Below, piece by piece: positions 16,916-27,417 of a stretch of DNA of 64,000 bases. Origin of the DNA: a virus. Lineage: Duplodnaviria > Caudoviricetes. The notes under the pieces were generated by a model. That model worked only from the letters and a program-made list of their open reading frames with translations, searched no databases and was not told the origin of the DNA. Where the stretch lies: positions 1 to 64,000 of the IMG/VR virus record IMGVR_UViG_3300033463_000051. One strand, written 5' to 3'. How positions within the stretch are numbered: position 1 is the stretch's first letter; the number at the start of each line of letters is the position of its first letter. Position numbers and translations under genes: made by a program.

Positions 16916-18404
16916 TGTAAGAGTATCGGAAGGTCAGTCTTCTGACAAAATCGGGTATGTGGGCATATCTGATAAGTTTGCGTTATTGAACAGGCTTATT
17001 ACCCGTAACTTAAACGGAATTAACTACTTGCCTACTTTCGCCCTATACAACAAAAATGATATTATAAAGTTTATTACACACCCAGATAAATACGAAAAGC
17101 AGTTGCGTAAAGCAGTTATTTATCTGTATGGCGCAAGCCCGCACTTTAGGCGGGTTATCCAGTATTTTACCGGGTTGTCCGATCTGTCATACATAGTCGA
17201 ACCGTATAGGATTGACCCGAAGAAGGCCAGCGCGAGAATAACAAATAACAACTACCGCAAAGTATTGAATACGCTATCGCTGATGCATGTCAAAACACAA
17301 TTCCCAAAGATACTTACAGTGTGCCTGCGGGAGGACGTCTTTTACGGAACAATCTGGGAATCTGCAGATGATATAACCATTCAGCGGCTCCCGTCTGATT
17401 TCTGCGCCATATCTTCGATCGAAGGAAATGTATTTAATGTATCCTTTGATTTTTCATACTTTGATATGTACGGAGCTCTGCTGGACAATTATCCCCCGGA
17501 ATTTAGACGTAAGTATGAAATATATCGTAGCCCAAACGGTAAGCGCTGGATCGAACTGGACTCCCCTACCTCATTCGCCATAAAATGTAACAGCGACATT
17601 CCTGATTATGCTATGCCGCCGTTTGCGGGGATTCTCCCATTGGTGTTTGAACTAGAGGATTACAAAGTTCTTAAAAAGACAAAGACGGCCTTGGAAAATT
17701 ATGCCATGTTGGCAATGAAGCTTCCTATGGAAGATGATGGCAGCTGGGGCATTGACCTTGACAAGGCGAGAGATTTCTGGAGAAATCTCGATGCGGTACT
17801 TCCGGAAGAGGTCGGATCAGTCCTTACTCCGATGGATATAGATAAAATCAGTTTTGAGCGGTCAAACACGGGCGACATAGACACTATAGCCGAAGCGGAA
17901 CAAAATCTGTTTACTGCTGCGGGCGTATCTTCCCTGCTCTTTAACAACCCGAAAGCTTCTGCAAATGCTCTTTTGCTTAGTATTAAGGTTGACCAGTCTT
18001 TGACTTTTGGTATCGTTAAGAGTATAGAAGATATGGTTAATAGGTTTATTCAGTCCAAGAGTTACGGCAAAAACTTTATCGTCAACTTCCTCGATGTCTC
18101 TCCGTTTAACAGAAAAGAAATCGGCGACGCATATCTCAAGGCCGCTTCGTATGGTTTGCCTACGATTTCTGCGTACGCTGCATCACAAGGACTTGGACAG
18201 GCAGAACTCGATAGTATGAGTTATCTTGAAACGACGGTGCTTGGCCTACAGGATATGTTTAAGCCGCTCCAGAATTCGGCCCAGATGAGTTCTGATAGCT
18301 TGGAGAGTGAGGCCGCTACCGAAGAAGGCGGAGCTCCGCTCAAAGATATCGGTGATCTGACAGACAGCGGAGAGCAGTCCCGTGAAGACGGCGATGATTG
18401 GTGA
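16866..18404 (+). CDS. Portal protein
   Basis: About 510 aa immediately after TerL; acidic GGAP tail; SPbeta-like synteny. Confidence 0.8.
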   Translation: MSLVAKQTKTDRRGGDNVRVSEGQSSDKIGYVGISDKFALLNRLITRNLNGINYLPTFALYNKNDIIKFITHPDKYEKQLRKAVIYLYGASPHFRRVIQYFTGLSDLSYIVEPYRIDPKKASARITNNNYRKVLNTLSLMHVKTQFPKILTVCLREDVFYGTIWESADDITIQRLPSDFCAISSIEGNVFNVSFDFSYFDMYGALLDNYPPEFRRKYEIYRSPNGKRWIELDSPTSFAIKCNSDIPDYAMPPFAGILPLVFELEDYKVLKKTKTALENYAMLAMKLPMEDDGSWGIDLDKARDFWRNLDAVLPEEVGSVLTPMDIDKISFERSNTGDIDTIAEAEQNLFTAAGVSSLLFNNPKASANALLLSIKVDQSLTFGIVKSIEDMVNRFIQSKSYGKNFIVNFLDVSPFNRKEIGDAYLKAASYGLPTISAYAASQGLGQAELDSMSYLETTVLGLQDMFKPLQNSAQMSSDSLESEAATEEGGAPLKDIGDLTDSGEQSREDGDDW

Positions 18405-18414
18405 GGAAATAATC

Positions 18415-18591
18415 ATGCCTAAATTTATATATGTATTTAACGAGGAAGATAGAGACGTTCTCAAGCAGAACGGATACAATCTTCTGAAGAACGACAACGA
18501 GCAGGACATATATATATTTGAAAACAAGAACGATATTTGTTTCGCATTTGGTAATATGGAATATGTTCTCTCCGACACCCTGACATTTTAA
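18415..18591 (+). CDS. Small hypothetical protein (MPKFIYVF..)
   Basis: RBS GAGGA before ATG 18415. Confidence 0.65.
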   Translation: MPKFIYVFNEEDRDVLKQNGYNLLKNDNEQDIYIFENKNDICFAFGNMEYVLSDTLTF

Positions 18592-18607
18592 TAGCAATAG
18601 GTTTTGA

Positions 18608-18632
18608 CCCCGCAAATTGCGGGGCTTTATTT
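18608..18632 (+). terminator. Intrinsic terminator-like hairpin
   Basis: CCCCGC-aaatt-GCGGGG followed by CTTTATTT. Confidence 0.55.
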
Positions 18633-18650
18633 ATAGGTTAGGAGGTTGAG

Positions 18651-20225
18651 ATGGAAAAAGTCTTAAATATGACTTATGCATCATCTTTAGCCGACTTATG
18701 CGAAATTAACTCTTCCTTTGATAGTGGCGTATTGCGTATAGCGTACCCGGGAGTAAACCGTAATAACAGCTCTATCTCAAAAGAAGTTTTTGAGAAGTGT
18801 ATACAGACCATGTACAACTGTCCCATCGTATGTAATTACGACAGAGAGACAGATACTCTCGGCGGGCACGATATGGAAATGGTCAGAGATGCATCCGGCG
18901 GTTTGCGAATCGTTAATATGACCACGCCGGTTGGGTGTATCCCCGAATCTGCCAAATGGTGGTGGGATACTGTTGAGGAAGAGGACGGAACAGTCCACGA
19001 GTATTTGTTTGCGGACGTACTTCTATGGAAGCGTCAGGAGGCTTACAGAAAAATCAAGAGAGATGGGATTACCGCCCATTCAATGGAGATAACCGTTAAA
19101 GACGGAGAATCTATTGACGGCATTTTTAATATCTATGATTTTGAGTTTACCGCCTTTGCACTCATTGGGTGTGAGCCCTGTTTTGAGGGTTCCGCTCTTG
19201 AAGTATTTTCGCGGCAAGACTTTAAGAGACAGCTTTCCGAGATGATGCAGGATTTAAAGGAAAGCTTTAACTTGGTCGATTCTCTGCCTAAGCGTAGAGA
19301 TGAAGATAATAACAATTATTCTTTGACGAAGGGAGGGCAAGATATATTGGACGACAATATTGAGATAACCGCTACAGAAACACTCGATAATAATACCATT
19401 ACGTCGACCGCTGGGGATGTTACTTTACCTGAGACCTATAGCGTCTCGGCTTCTACCGAGGCCGGTGAGGCTGAAATTCAGGAAGAGTTTGCCAATAATG
19501 AACCAGTTGACGAGGTTGTTTCCGAGACTGAGCCGGAACAGGACAGTTTTGCTTTAACGAGCAATGTTGTGAATGAGATCGTCAGGGTACTTAGTGAAGA
19601 AACGGTTAGCAATGAGTGGGGCGAGTACTCCAGATACTGCTTCGTGGATTGTGATTTTGATCTGCAGGAAGTTTATTGCTGGGATTCTGAAGATTGGCTT
19701 CTGTACGGCTTTGCCTATCAAGTCGACGGTGACAGCGTCACGATCGATTACGACAGTAAGACACGCAAAAAGTATATAATCGCAGATTTCGATGAGGGCG
19801 AACAGGCTTCACCGTTTGCGCCGATGTTTGAGAAAATGACTGAGGCTGTTCATAACGGTGCGCAGTGGGAGGAAAAATTCCAGAACGCTTCCGCTGTGAT
19901 TTCAGCAATGGAATCTGAACTCAACGAACTTCGCGAATATAAGCAGAGAGTTGAGGATGAGGCCGCCAGGTCGGCTAGAGCGGATATACTCTCCCGCTTC
20001 GAAGACCTTGCTGGCATTGAGGCTTATGACAATCTTTGCGATGATTGCATGAATTACAGCGTCGATGAAATCGAGGAAAAATGTTTTGCGATCCGCGGCA
20101 GAAATGTGGCGGTAGCAAAATTTACTTTGGAGTCTAAGGCTCCAAAGATAAAGGTCGAAAAGTCCGATACGTCCGTGGAACCGTACGGTGGACTCTTCGT
20201 AGAGTATGATTCAAAAAACAATTAA
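18651..20225 (+). CDS. Prohead protease/scaffold (YonD-like)
   Basis: NRNNS, HSMEI and EPCFEGS motifs; acidic coiled-coil C-half; position before capsid genes. Confidence 0.75.
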   Translation: MEKVLNMTYASSLADLCEINSSFDSGVLRIAYPGVNRNNSSISKEVFEKCIQTMYNCPIVCNYDRETDTLGGHDMEMVRDASGGLRIVNMTTPVGCIPESAKWWWDTVEEEDGTVHEYLFADVLLWKRQEAYRKIKRDGITAHSMEITVKDGESIDGIFNIYDFEFTAFALIGCEPCFEGSALEVFSRQDFKRQLSEMMQDLKESFNLVDSLPKRRDEDNNNYSLTKGGQDILDDNIEITATETLDNNTITSTAGDVTLPETYSVSASTEAGEAEIQEEFANNEPVDEVVSETEPEQDSFALTSNVVNEIVRVLSEETVSNEWGEYSRYCFVDCDFDLQEVYCWDSEDWLLYGFAYQVDGDSVTIDYDSKTRKKYIIADFDEGEQASPFAPMFEKMTEAVHNGAQWEEKFQNASAVISAMESELNELREYKQRVEDEAARSARADILSRFEDLAGIEAYDNLCDDCMNYSVDEIEEKCFAIRGRNVAVAKFTLESKAPKIKVEKSDTSVEPYGGLFVEYDSKNN

Positions 20226-20244
20226 AAAATAGGAGGTAATTTAC

Positions 20245-20760
20245 ATGAGTTACGGTGTTGTTCGCACGGACAATATGTACGGCGTAGATGTTCGTGCAGG
20301 TCTTGTCTCCATTGAGTACCTTGGTACTGATGGCGAGACTCCTACCGCTATTGAAAACGGTAATGTATTAAAGGTTGGCGCTCTTAAAGAAGGTGAGCGC
20401 GAGATTTTTGTTGGCGCTAAGCCCGCTGTCAACACTCCTCTCAACGAGATCGTTCTTGTTGCTTCTCCTGAGATTATGTATGACGAGCGCAAGCACGGCC
20501 TTGATGAGTTCATCAACGAGGCTGGTATGCCCGCACGCGGCTATCGTCTGCACTCCTGGGATATCTTCTCTGTGACTGCTGACGCTCTGTCCGCTGCCGC
20601 TGATATCGCTGTTGGCGACGTTGTTGAACTTCAGGCTGACACGAAGCTGAAGGTTGTTGCGTCCGCTACTGGTCTGACCGATGGTTCAACGCTTGTTGGC
20701 GAAGTTATCGCTATCGACGTTGTCGGGCCTTACACCTACTACGCTATCCGCGTAGCTTAA
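20245..20760 (+). CDS. Capsid decoration/stabilising protein (YonC-like)
   Basis: IENG motif; highly biased codon usage; directly upstream of the MCP. Confidence 0.7.
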   Translation: MSYGVVRTDNMYGVDVRAGLVSIEYLGTDGETPTAIENGNVLKVGALKEGEREIFVGAKPAVNTPLNEIVLVASPEIMYDERKHGLDEFINEAGMPARGYRLHSWDIFSVTADALSAAADIAVGDVVELQADTKLKVVASATGLTDGSTLVGEVIAIDVVGPYTYYAIRVA

Positions 20761-20786
20761 TTTCAGAAAGAAGGAGGAACATAACA

Positions 20787-21800
20787 ATGGCTGAAATCAA
20801 AGATATAGTCAAGCTTGCCGTAGATGGTTACAAAGGCAATGTTGAGAAGTATTCCGTAGGTCAGTCTCAGGACGTCCTGCGTCAGGCTCTCGTAGATGCC
20901 AACAATGGCAGCACGACTTTAAACTATAAAGACATCCGCGATGGTAAGTGCCAGGGTCTCTTCTCTATCATTGAGGAGATACTGAGCAACACCGTTGTCG
21001 AAGGTCTTCAGAACGACAACTATTTCAACACGATGGTTGACTTCCGCAATGTTGCGGCTGGCGATCAGGCTCAGTTTGTTGTCGAAGACAGCACCCTGTT
21101 TGTGGTTGCTGACATAGCCAATGGCACTCAGGGCATCCGCCGTCAGAGAATCGGCGCTGCCGCTCCCGCCCCCATCCAGACTTCCAGAAAGGCTGTTCGT
21201 ATATACGAGGAGCTCGATCGCGTTCTGTCTGGCCGCGTTGATTTCAACGCTCTTATAAACAAGGTGTCCGAGTCTTTCCGCAGAAAGATCCTCGATGACA
21301 TCTACTCCCTGTGGGTGAACGCTACGGCCGCCGACCTTGGTGGAGTTGCTTACTTCCCCGCTGCTGGCTCCTATGACGAGGACACCCTTCTGGATGTTAT
21401 CTCTCATGTTGAGGCCGCTGCTGGTGGCAGACAGGCTACCATAGTTGGTACTAAGAAGGCTATTCGCAACCTCATTCCGTCCATCATCAGCGATGGCGCT
21501 CGTGAGGATCTCTACAACATGGGTTACTTTGGCAAGTTCTATGGCTCTCCGGTCGTCGTGACCCCGCAGCGTCATCAGATTGGCACGACCAGCTTTGTGC
21601 TTGACGACGACATGATCACGATAGTTGCTGGCGAAGACAAGCCCATCAAGTTCGTCTACGAAGGCGATCCTCTCATGATCATGGGCGATCCGTTCCTGAA
21701 CGCTGACCTTACCCATGAGTACTTCTATTCCGAGAAGTACGGACTCGGTCTGGTTCTTGCCGGTGGCAATTCCGGTATCGGCCGTTACGAGATGCAATAA
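20787..21800 (+). CDS. Major capsid protein
   Basis: 337 aa; strong RBS; strongest codon bias; position; followed by a hairpin. Confidence 0.85.
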   Translation: MAEIKDIVKLAVDGYKGNVEKYSVGQSQDVLRQALVDANNGSTTLNYKDIRDGKCQGLFSIIEEILSNTVVEGLQNDNYFNTMVDFRNVAAGDQAQFVVEDSTLFVVADIANGTQGIRRQRIGAAAPAPIQTSRKAVRIYEELDRVLSGRVDFNALINKVSESFRRKILDDIYSLWVNATAADLGGVAYFPAAGSYDEDTLLDVISHVEAAAGGRQATIVGTKKAIRNLIPSIISDGAREDLYNMGYFGKFYGSPVVVTPQRHQIGTTSFVLDDDMITIVAGEDKPIKFVYEGDPLMIMGDPFLNADLTHEYFYSEKYGLGLVLAGGNSGIGRYEMQ

Positions 21801-21806
21801 CTAATG

Positions 21807-21832
21807 AACGCGGGGCTTAACCGCCCCGCGTT
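21807..21832 (+). terminator. Hairpin after the MCP gene (no U-tract)
   Basis: AACGCGGGGC-ttaacc-GCCCCGCGTT. Confidence 0.55.
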
Positions 21833-21856
21833 ACATGGAACGAAAGGATTATTAAT

Positions 21857-22405
21857 ATGGCAACTAAAGAAGTGAATACCAAGGCCTCTACGGAAGAGGT
21901 TACAGAGGCTCCGATTAAGAAGTCTGCAAAGACTGCGGGGCAAGAGACTCCTATCGTCGCTAAAGATATAGACCCGGGTCAGTATGTCACCGTTCGAAAT
22001 GGATTCCAGGGTACATTAGTATACAAGAGTTCCCGGACGGGCGAGAAATTTGTCTGGAGCAACTTTGGTGATGAACAAGAAATGGAACTAAGAGAGTTAC
22101 GCAACGCGAAGAACTCCAGCAAAAAGTTCTTTATCAACAATTGGTTCATGTTTGATGAGGGCTGGATAGTAGACTATCTTGGCCTAAAACAGTATTACAA
22201 GAACGCAATAAAAGTAGAGGATTTTGATGAGTTATTCAAGAAGAGTGCGTCAGAACTAAAGAAGGCTCTCGAGGGAATGTCTAAAGGTCAGAAAAAGTCT
22301 GTGGCATATAGGGCTGCGGAATTGATTAAGTCCGGAGAGATTGATTCCAGAAAGACGATATCTATTCTGGAGGAAGGTCTTGGTGTTGAACTTATCGAAA
22401 AATAA
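21857..22405 (+). CDS. Conserved head-module protein (YonA-like position)
   Basis: ORF with RBS; synteny. Confidence 0.65.
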   Translation: MATKEVNTKASTEEVTEAPIKKSAKTAGQETPIVAKDIDPGQYVTVRNGFQGTLVYKSSRTGEKFVWSNFGDEQEMELRELRNAKNSSKKFFINNWFMFDEGWIVDYLGLKQYYKNAIKVEDFDELFKKSASELKKALEGMSKGQKKSVAYRAAELIKSGEIDSRKTISILEEGLGVELIEK

Positions 22406-22420
22406 GGGGGCCGGTCTACT

Positions 22421-22870
22421 ATGAGCGTTCCTTATGACAAGTTCACGGAAGCGTTTCTGGCTAAAATTTGTGAGTTCGAATTTATTGAACTCGATGACGA
22501 TGAAAGAACTGAAATCGTGGACGGGTACATGAAAAGAGCGGTCAGTGCTTTCAAAAAGAACTGCAAGTACGACCTGACATCCGCTGCTGACGACGAAGAG
22601 CGCGAGTTCGATATCGACGTCAGTGACGAAGACCTGGAAGAGCTTGTCGATATTATATCTGAGGGAATGCTCGTTCAATGGTTAAAGCCGTATCTTTACA
22701 GGCAGGAACAACTGGAGAACGCGCTGAGTACCAGAGATTTTTCGACATACTCCCCCGCCGAATTGCTGATGCGTATCGGGAACGCTTATGCAAAGGTGCA
22801 GAAAGACTATACTCAAATGATTAGGGAGTATAGCTATAATCATGGAGATTTAACATCCCTACACCTATGA
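22421..22870 (+). CDS. Head-tail adaptor
   Basis: About 150 aa, helical, after the capsid genes; DFSTYSPAELL. Confidence 0.6.
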   Translation: MSVPYDKFTEAFLAKICEFEFIELDDDERTEIVDGYMKRAVSAFKKNCKYDLTSAADDEEREFDIDVSDEDLEELVDIISEGMLVQWLKPYLYRQEQLENALSTRDFSTYSPAELLMRIGNAYAKVQKDYTQMIREYSYNHGDLTSLHL

Positions 22871-23211
22871 CGGTAGATACGGATGTCGGGAGCCCGATTG
22901 AGATGGCGCTCGTACACAATTATTTCTCAACTCTCGTAAATCATTTCTTTAAGATTCTCCCGATACGAGAAAGCGAAGAGGCATCATTGCCTATTTATAT
23001 GCGGAGCCTGCAGGTGGAATTACTTGGATGTCAGGAATTCATACCCTCGCTCCGTACCGATGCGGCGTATCTGACACTTTTGTCGATATTGCAGTATCTG
23101 ATTAACAATCCAGCGTGCGAAGTTAAAGAAGTCAAGCGAGAGGTTTTTCGTGCTATTAAAATATGTAACCGGCTAAAGGATACCTACAAGGACAAGGAGG
23201 TGTCTGAATGA
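22867..23211 (+). CDS. Neck-region hypothetical protein
   Basis: ATGA-coupled on both sides. Confidence 0.65.
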   Translation: MTVDTDVGSPIEMALVHNYFSTLVNHFFKILPIRESEEASLPIYMRSLQVELLGCQEFIPSLRTDAAYLTLLSILQYLINNPACEVKEVKREVFRAIKICNRLKDTYKDKEVSE

Positions 23212-24086
23212 GCGCATGGGATACATATGCAAACAGGATAGAGGTTCATGGAACTACGAAACGCGGCGCTACACTCAAACGAGAGGTACGCCTTCTGCAA
23301 AATAGAGTTCCGGACAGCCTATCCTATCAGACAGTAACTGTTTATAGTGCCGAATACGGGTATAATGTTTTATCACCGGAAATGGGGGCAAAATCATTTA
23401 CTCAAAAGGTTTCTATTGCCAATTCCGACAACCTGAATGAAAAATATTTATTCACGATTCCCGGGGAAGATATGGAACTCGGTTCGCTTATCTACTGGAT
23501 GGATAACTACTGGTTGGTTCATGAGCGTGACGCTAACACTACCGTATATACAAGGACAAAATTGATACAGTGTAATTATCTGCTAAAGTGGGTATCTTAT
23601 GATAATACGATATGCGAGCAGTGGTGTGTGGTAGAAGACGGAACGAAGTATCTTACAGGTGAATTGGAGGATAGATATTTCGCCACTACGCGTGGTGATT
23701 CACGTATATCTGTTGAGATTGCTAAAAACAGCAGAACGGTTAAACTCGGAAGGACTAATCGTTTTCTGATCGACAACCCGGAATCCCCAGTGGTACTTGC
23801 GTATGCACTTACGAAGCCACTGAAGTTTACCGGAGTATATAACAATCAGGGTGTATTTAAATTTGTTCTTCAGGAAGTTAATACGACCGATGACGATAAT
23901 CAGGAACTTTGCATTGCTGATTACTATAAGTATTTCCCTCTGGTGCCGGACGACCCCGACGGTTCTGTCGGCGACGATACCGGAAGTGATTCTGGCGATA
24001 ATTCTGGTAGCGACTCCGGGAACGACTCTGGTAGCGACTCTGGCAGTGAGTCTGGTAGCGGCACGGGAAGGACGGTGTGGCTGTAA
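23208..24086 (+). CDS. Head closure/stopper protein with C-terminal G/S/D-repeat tail
   Basis: GSLIYW..YWLV..CNYLLKW beta-rich motifs; synteny. Confidence 0.6.
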   Translation: MSAWDTYANRIEVHGTTKRGATLKREVRLLQNRVPDSLSYQTVTVYSAEYGYNVLSPEMGAKSFTQKVSIANSDNLNEKYLFTIPGEDMELGSLIYWMDNYWLVHERDANTTVYTRTKLIQCNYLLKWVSYDNTICEQWCVVEDGTKYLTGELEDRYFATTRGDSRISVEIAKNSRTVKLGRTNRFLIDNPESPVVLAYALTKPLKFTGVYNNQGVFKFVLQEVNTTDDDNQELCIADYYKYFPLVPDDPDGSVGDDTGSDSGDNSGSDSGNDSGSDSGSESGSGTGRTVWL

Positions 24087-24583
24087 TGCAACTTCAGGAC
24101 TTTTTTGATTATAAGAATCAACTTATGAAGGATCTGCTGACTAGCGAAGCGGTGGTTCATCTTCTTGACGAAGATCTCCCCGTCGAAGATGGTATTGCGT
24201 TAGCCTACACCCAAGTCTTCCCTTTTGAATATCTACCCGAAACGGTGCAAGAGGGGAAGACGTTTATATGTTTTGACGTTGACGTACAGAAAAGTCTATC
24301 TAAACCATTTCTTGAGCCAACGATTTACATATGGGTTTTTTCACACAAGAGCAAGCTTCGTCTGCCGGAAGGTGGTGTACGGACAGATAAGCTTTGCCAT
24401 GAAATCTGTAAACTGATTAATGGGAGCAGAATGTATGGGCTGGGCGAGCTGGATCTTTATTCGGTTAAAAGATTCGCCCCACAAACTGATTATCAGGGAA
24501 AATGCATGACATTCGACGCAAAGGAGTTTAGTAGGGTTTATGACCCGAATAGGCCCGTACCCACTAATCGCAAAATGGGTTAA
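24077..24583 (+). CDS. Putative tail terminator
   Basis: FPFEYLP..TFICFDV..RTDKL pattern; position. Confidence 0.55.
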   Translation: MAVMQLQDFFDYKNQLMKDLLTSEAVVHLLDEDLPVEDGIALAYTQVFPFEYLPETVQEGKTFICFDVDVQKSLSKPFLEPTIYIWVFSHKSKLRLPEGGVRTDKLCHEICKLINGSRMYGLGELDLYSVKRFAPQTDYQGKCMTFDAKEFSRVYDPNRPVPTNRKMG

Positions 24584-25299
24584 TGTCTACAATAAATCTG
24601 CTTTATAAGAAGCAGTACGAAATAAACGATTCTATCAGTATTGTGATACCGACGGTCGGACAGATCATAGACGATGAAGATTCCTACTATGATACAGTTA
24701 CCGCATTGACAGCCATGCCTATAGACTGCATGGTTCAACTCGATGACGCCGGGATAGATTACACGGCTATAAACGAGTACGACCTATTTCTTCTTATGTT
24801 TGGAGAAATAAGACGACGAGACACCCGCCTTATTTTTGGAGATTTGGACTTAACAAAGTTCAAGTTTGCGCAAAATGAAGATAACGGTGCTATGGTTTTG
24901 GTAAATACTGAGGATGATATCGTTATAGACCGTGCTATTCACGGTAAGATAGCTACAGTCCTGCGTAAGATTCACCACCTTGAGCAAAATAAGCGCAAGC
25001 CCGCTAACGCAGAGGCGAAACAGTATATGCTGGAAAGAGCGCGAGCTAAGTTAAAGCGCAATAAAAGGCGCGCTCGCGATTCCCAGCTTGAAACATTACT
25101 AATTGCTATGGTAAACACCGAGCAGTTTAAATATGATTTCGAGGGCGCTAGAGCGCTCACGATTTATCAGTTTAACGAAAGTGTTAGACAGATAATTAAA
25201 AAAGTCGACTACGATAATCGGATGTATGGGGTCTATTCCGGATCCCTTGACCCGAAAAATTTGAGTCAGGATGATTTGAATTGGCTGACTCACAAATAA
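24583..25299 (+). CDS. Tail-associated protein, possible tail assembly chaperone
   Basis: LTIYQF..GVYSG motif; TAATG-coupled. Confidence 0.5.
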   Translation: MSTINLLYKKQYEINDSISIVIPTVGQIIDDEDSYYDTVTALTAMPIDCMVQLDDAGIDYTAINEYDLFLLMFGEIRRRDTRLIFGDLDLTKFKFAQNEDNGAMVLVNTEDDIVIDRAIHGKIATVLRKIHHLEQNKRKPANAEAKQYMLERARAKLKRNKRRARDSQLETLLIAMVNTEQFKYDFEGARALTIYQFNESVRQIIKKVDYDNRMYGVYSGSLDPKNLSQDDLNWLTHK

Positions 25300-25320
25300 A
25301 TAATAGGAGGAAAAAGTGTT

Positions 25321-26364
25321 ATGAATGTCAATATTCAAGATGTAACCATAACCAGTCTTGAGACTATATCCGCTTTTGACATTTCGACCGGTGCGTTCAT
25401 GTTCACGCTCGACGAGCTCCAGAGCACCTCTCTGGCTCAGTCCGAGGAGACCACTGATATCACCGGTAAGGGCGGCCGTAAACTTGCCACACTGAAGAGG
25501 AATAAGTCCGTCACTATTTCCGGCGACAACGGCCTTGTTTCCGGCGGACTGTTTGAGCTGCAGACCGGCTCCAAGTTTGCCCAGAAGGCAACGGAAGTCC
25601 TCTGGACTGATTATCTGACGGTTACCAACAACTCTGCGACCACTTCTTATACCGCTGTTGGCGAAGTAGGCGAAGAGATTCCTGACCTCTATATCAGGAA
25701 CACCGATGGTACGCTTGGCACGAAACTTGAGCAGGCTTCTGCTGCTGCTGCTGGCAAATTTGCATACGCCCCCTCTCAGAAGACTCTGACCTTTGTTGGT
25801 CTTGATAACAACACCGAGGTCGTTGCTTTCTATAAGAGAAGGATCTCTGCCAGCGTTCTCGAGAACTATAGTGACATCTATTCCGGAAAGTGCTCTCTGT
25901 ACATTGACGCGCTGGCCGAGGATGTTTGCGCGAATGTGTATCGCATTCAGTTCTATATCCCGAAGGCTGACTTTAATGGCGAGTTCACTTTTGATATGGG
26001 CGACAACCAGACCGTGCACTCCTTCGAGGCTTCCGCTCTCGCTGGCTCCTGCGGCACCGCCGGTGTTCTGTGGACTTATACCATCTTTGGTGCTAACACT
26101 CCGGATACACCCGCTCCTGAGCTTAGCAGCATCAGCATAGCTGTTGCTCCTGATAAAGTAGCGTATACCGAGGGCGAACTGTTCAATCCCGCCGGAATGA
26201 TGGTTAGAGCTAACTATGTTGGCGGCGGATATGAGTATGTCAACGGATATACCTGGACTCCCGCTGTGGCTCTCCAGACATCCGATGAAACCGTCATCAT
26301 TAGTTATACATTGGGTGGCGTAACTAAGACGGCCGAACAGACTATTACTGTCACTGCCAGCTAA
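25321..26364 (+). CDS. Major tail tube protein with C-terminal Ig-like domain
   Basis: High-expression codon bias; DITGKGG; terminal PDKVAYTEGELFNPAGMMVRANY..TITV Ig-like domain. Confidence 0.8.
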   Translation: MNVNIQDVTITSLETISAFDISTGAFMFTLDELQSTSLAQSEETTDITGKGGRKLATLKRNKSVTISGDNGLVSGGLFELQTGSKFAQKATEVLWTDYLTVTNNSATTSYTAVGEVGEEIPDLYIRNTDGTLGTKLEQASAAAAGKFAYAPSQKTLTFVGLDNNTEVVAFYKRRISASVLENYSDIYSGKCSLYIDALAEDVCANVYRIQFYIPKADFNGEFTFDMGDNQTVHSFEASALAGSCGTAGVLWTYTIFGANTPDTPAPELSSISIAVAPDKVAYTEGELFNPAGMMVRANYVGGGYEYVNGYTWTPAVALQTSDETVIISYTLGGVTKTAEQTITVTAS

Positions 26365-26373
26365 CTAATACTA

Positions 26374-26417
26374 GATTATACCGGAGTACCGATTATACTA
26401 ACGGTACTCCGGTAATC
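26374..26417 (+). terminator. Long hairpin after the tail tube gene (no U-tract)
   Basis: TACCGGAGTACCG-10 nt-CGGTACTCCGGTA. Confidence 0.55.
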
Positions 26418-26442
26418 GGAATCTGAATTAAAGGAGATTGTT

Positions 26443-26853
26443 ATGGCAAAAGGAACACGTAAGTGCAAAATTTGCGGTAAGGAATATGAGTACTGCAAAA
26501 CAAATAGGCCTGCGGAAATGTTCCGTTGGCAAAATGTAGCGTGCTGCCCCGAACACGGAGCAGAGTACTTTAGGCAAATCGCTATTTCCAGAGGACAGCC
26601 GGTACCGCCTGAGGTAACCGCTATGATTAAAAAGGACACCAAGGCTGAGAGCGTTCCGGCAAAAAAGGAGAAGGTTGTGACCATCTCTGAAGAAGTTTTT
26701 GCCGATACTCAAAATGAGGATACCTGCGCATCCTGCGTTGTCTCCCCTCCTGCTGAACCTGAAATAACAGAGATGCCGGAGTCTGCGATCGTTGAGGAGC
26801 CGAAACCAACTCCGAAGAAGACGACCAGAAAGAAGACGACTAAAACAGAATAA
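26443..26853 (+). CDS. Zn-finger protein with disordered C-terminus
   Basis: CKICGKEYEYC..CCPEH. Confidence 0.7.
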   Translation: MAKGTRKCKICGKEYEYCKTNRPAEMFRWQNVACCPEHGAEYFRQIAISRGQPVPPEVTAMIKKDTKAESVPAKKEKVVTISEEVFADTQNEDTCASCVVSPPAEPEITEMPESAIVEEPKPTPKKTTRKKTTKTE

Positions 26854-26859
26854 ACAGTA

Positions 26860-26888
26860 GGCTGCATCGTGAGATGCAGCCATTTTTC
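26860..26888 (+). terminator. Intrinsic terminator
   Basis: GGCTGCATC-gtga-GATGCAGCC-ATTTTTC. Confidence 0.6.
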
Positions 26889-26902
26889 GTGGAAGTGGTG
26901 AT

Positions 26903-27346
26903 ATGGAGCGAACAAAATTTAACGTTAACAAAAACACGGAGAAGCGTACCTTCGGTGATATTGTGTTCGATTCCGTATTAGAGATGAGGTATTACGCAGA
27001 AGTGGTCATCCCTGGTATTGAAAGCGGAGAGATTACCAAATGCGAACGCCAGAAAAAATATATTTTACAGGACGGATTTGAACATAATGGAGAAAAGATT
27101 CGCCCAATCATTTACGCGGCGGATTTTTATTTGGAGTATGCCGACGGTCATTCTACCGTTATAGATATAAAAGGCTGCCCGGATGCAACTGCGATTCTTA
27201 AAAGGAAAATGTTTTGGTTTAGATATCCAGATACGGACTACCAATGGATATCATATATAAAGAAGTTTGGCGGCTGGGGCAGTTATGACGAGTATCAAAA
27301 AATGAGAAAGGCCGCGAAGAGGGCTGCGAAGAAAGATGAGGGTTGA
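26903..27346 (+). CDS. DUF1064-like PD-(D/E)XK nuclease
   Basis: FDSVLEMRYY, YAADF, IDIKG, LKRKMF. Confidence 0.8.
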   Translation: MERTKFNVNKNTEKRTFGDIVFDSVLEMRYYAEVVIPGIESGEITKCERQKKYILQDGFEHNGEKIRPIIYAADFYLEYADGHSTVIDIKGCPDATAILKRKMFWFRYPDTDYQWISYIKKFGGWGSYDEYQKMRKAAKRAAKKDEG

Positions 27347-27417
27347 ATATAGCCCACGCAGACTGTCGCGGGTTATATTCAGTTTTTATTACAACGGAAT
27401 TTAAGGGAGGATTTATT

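Noticed and set aside
20919-21797. 292-aa antisense ORF over the major capsid gene
   Set aside because: Codon-aligned shadow of the strongly biased MCP codon usage; no RBS or motifs.
25099-26019. 306-aa antisense ORF over the tail tube gene
   Set aside because: Same shadow effect in a highly expressed gene.
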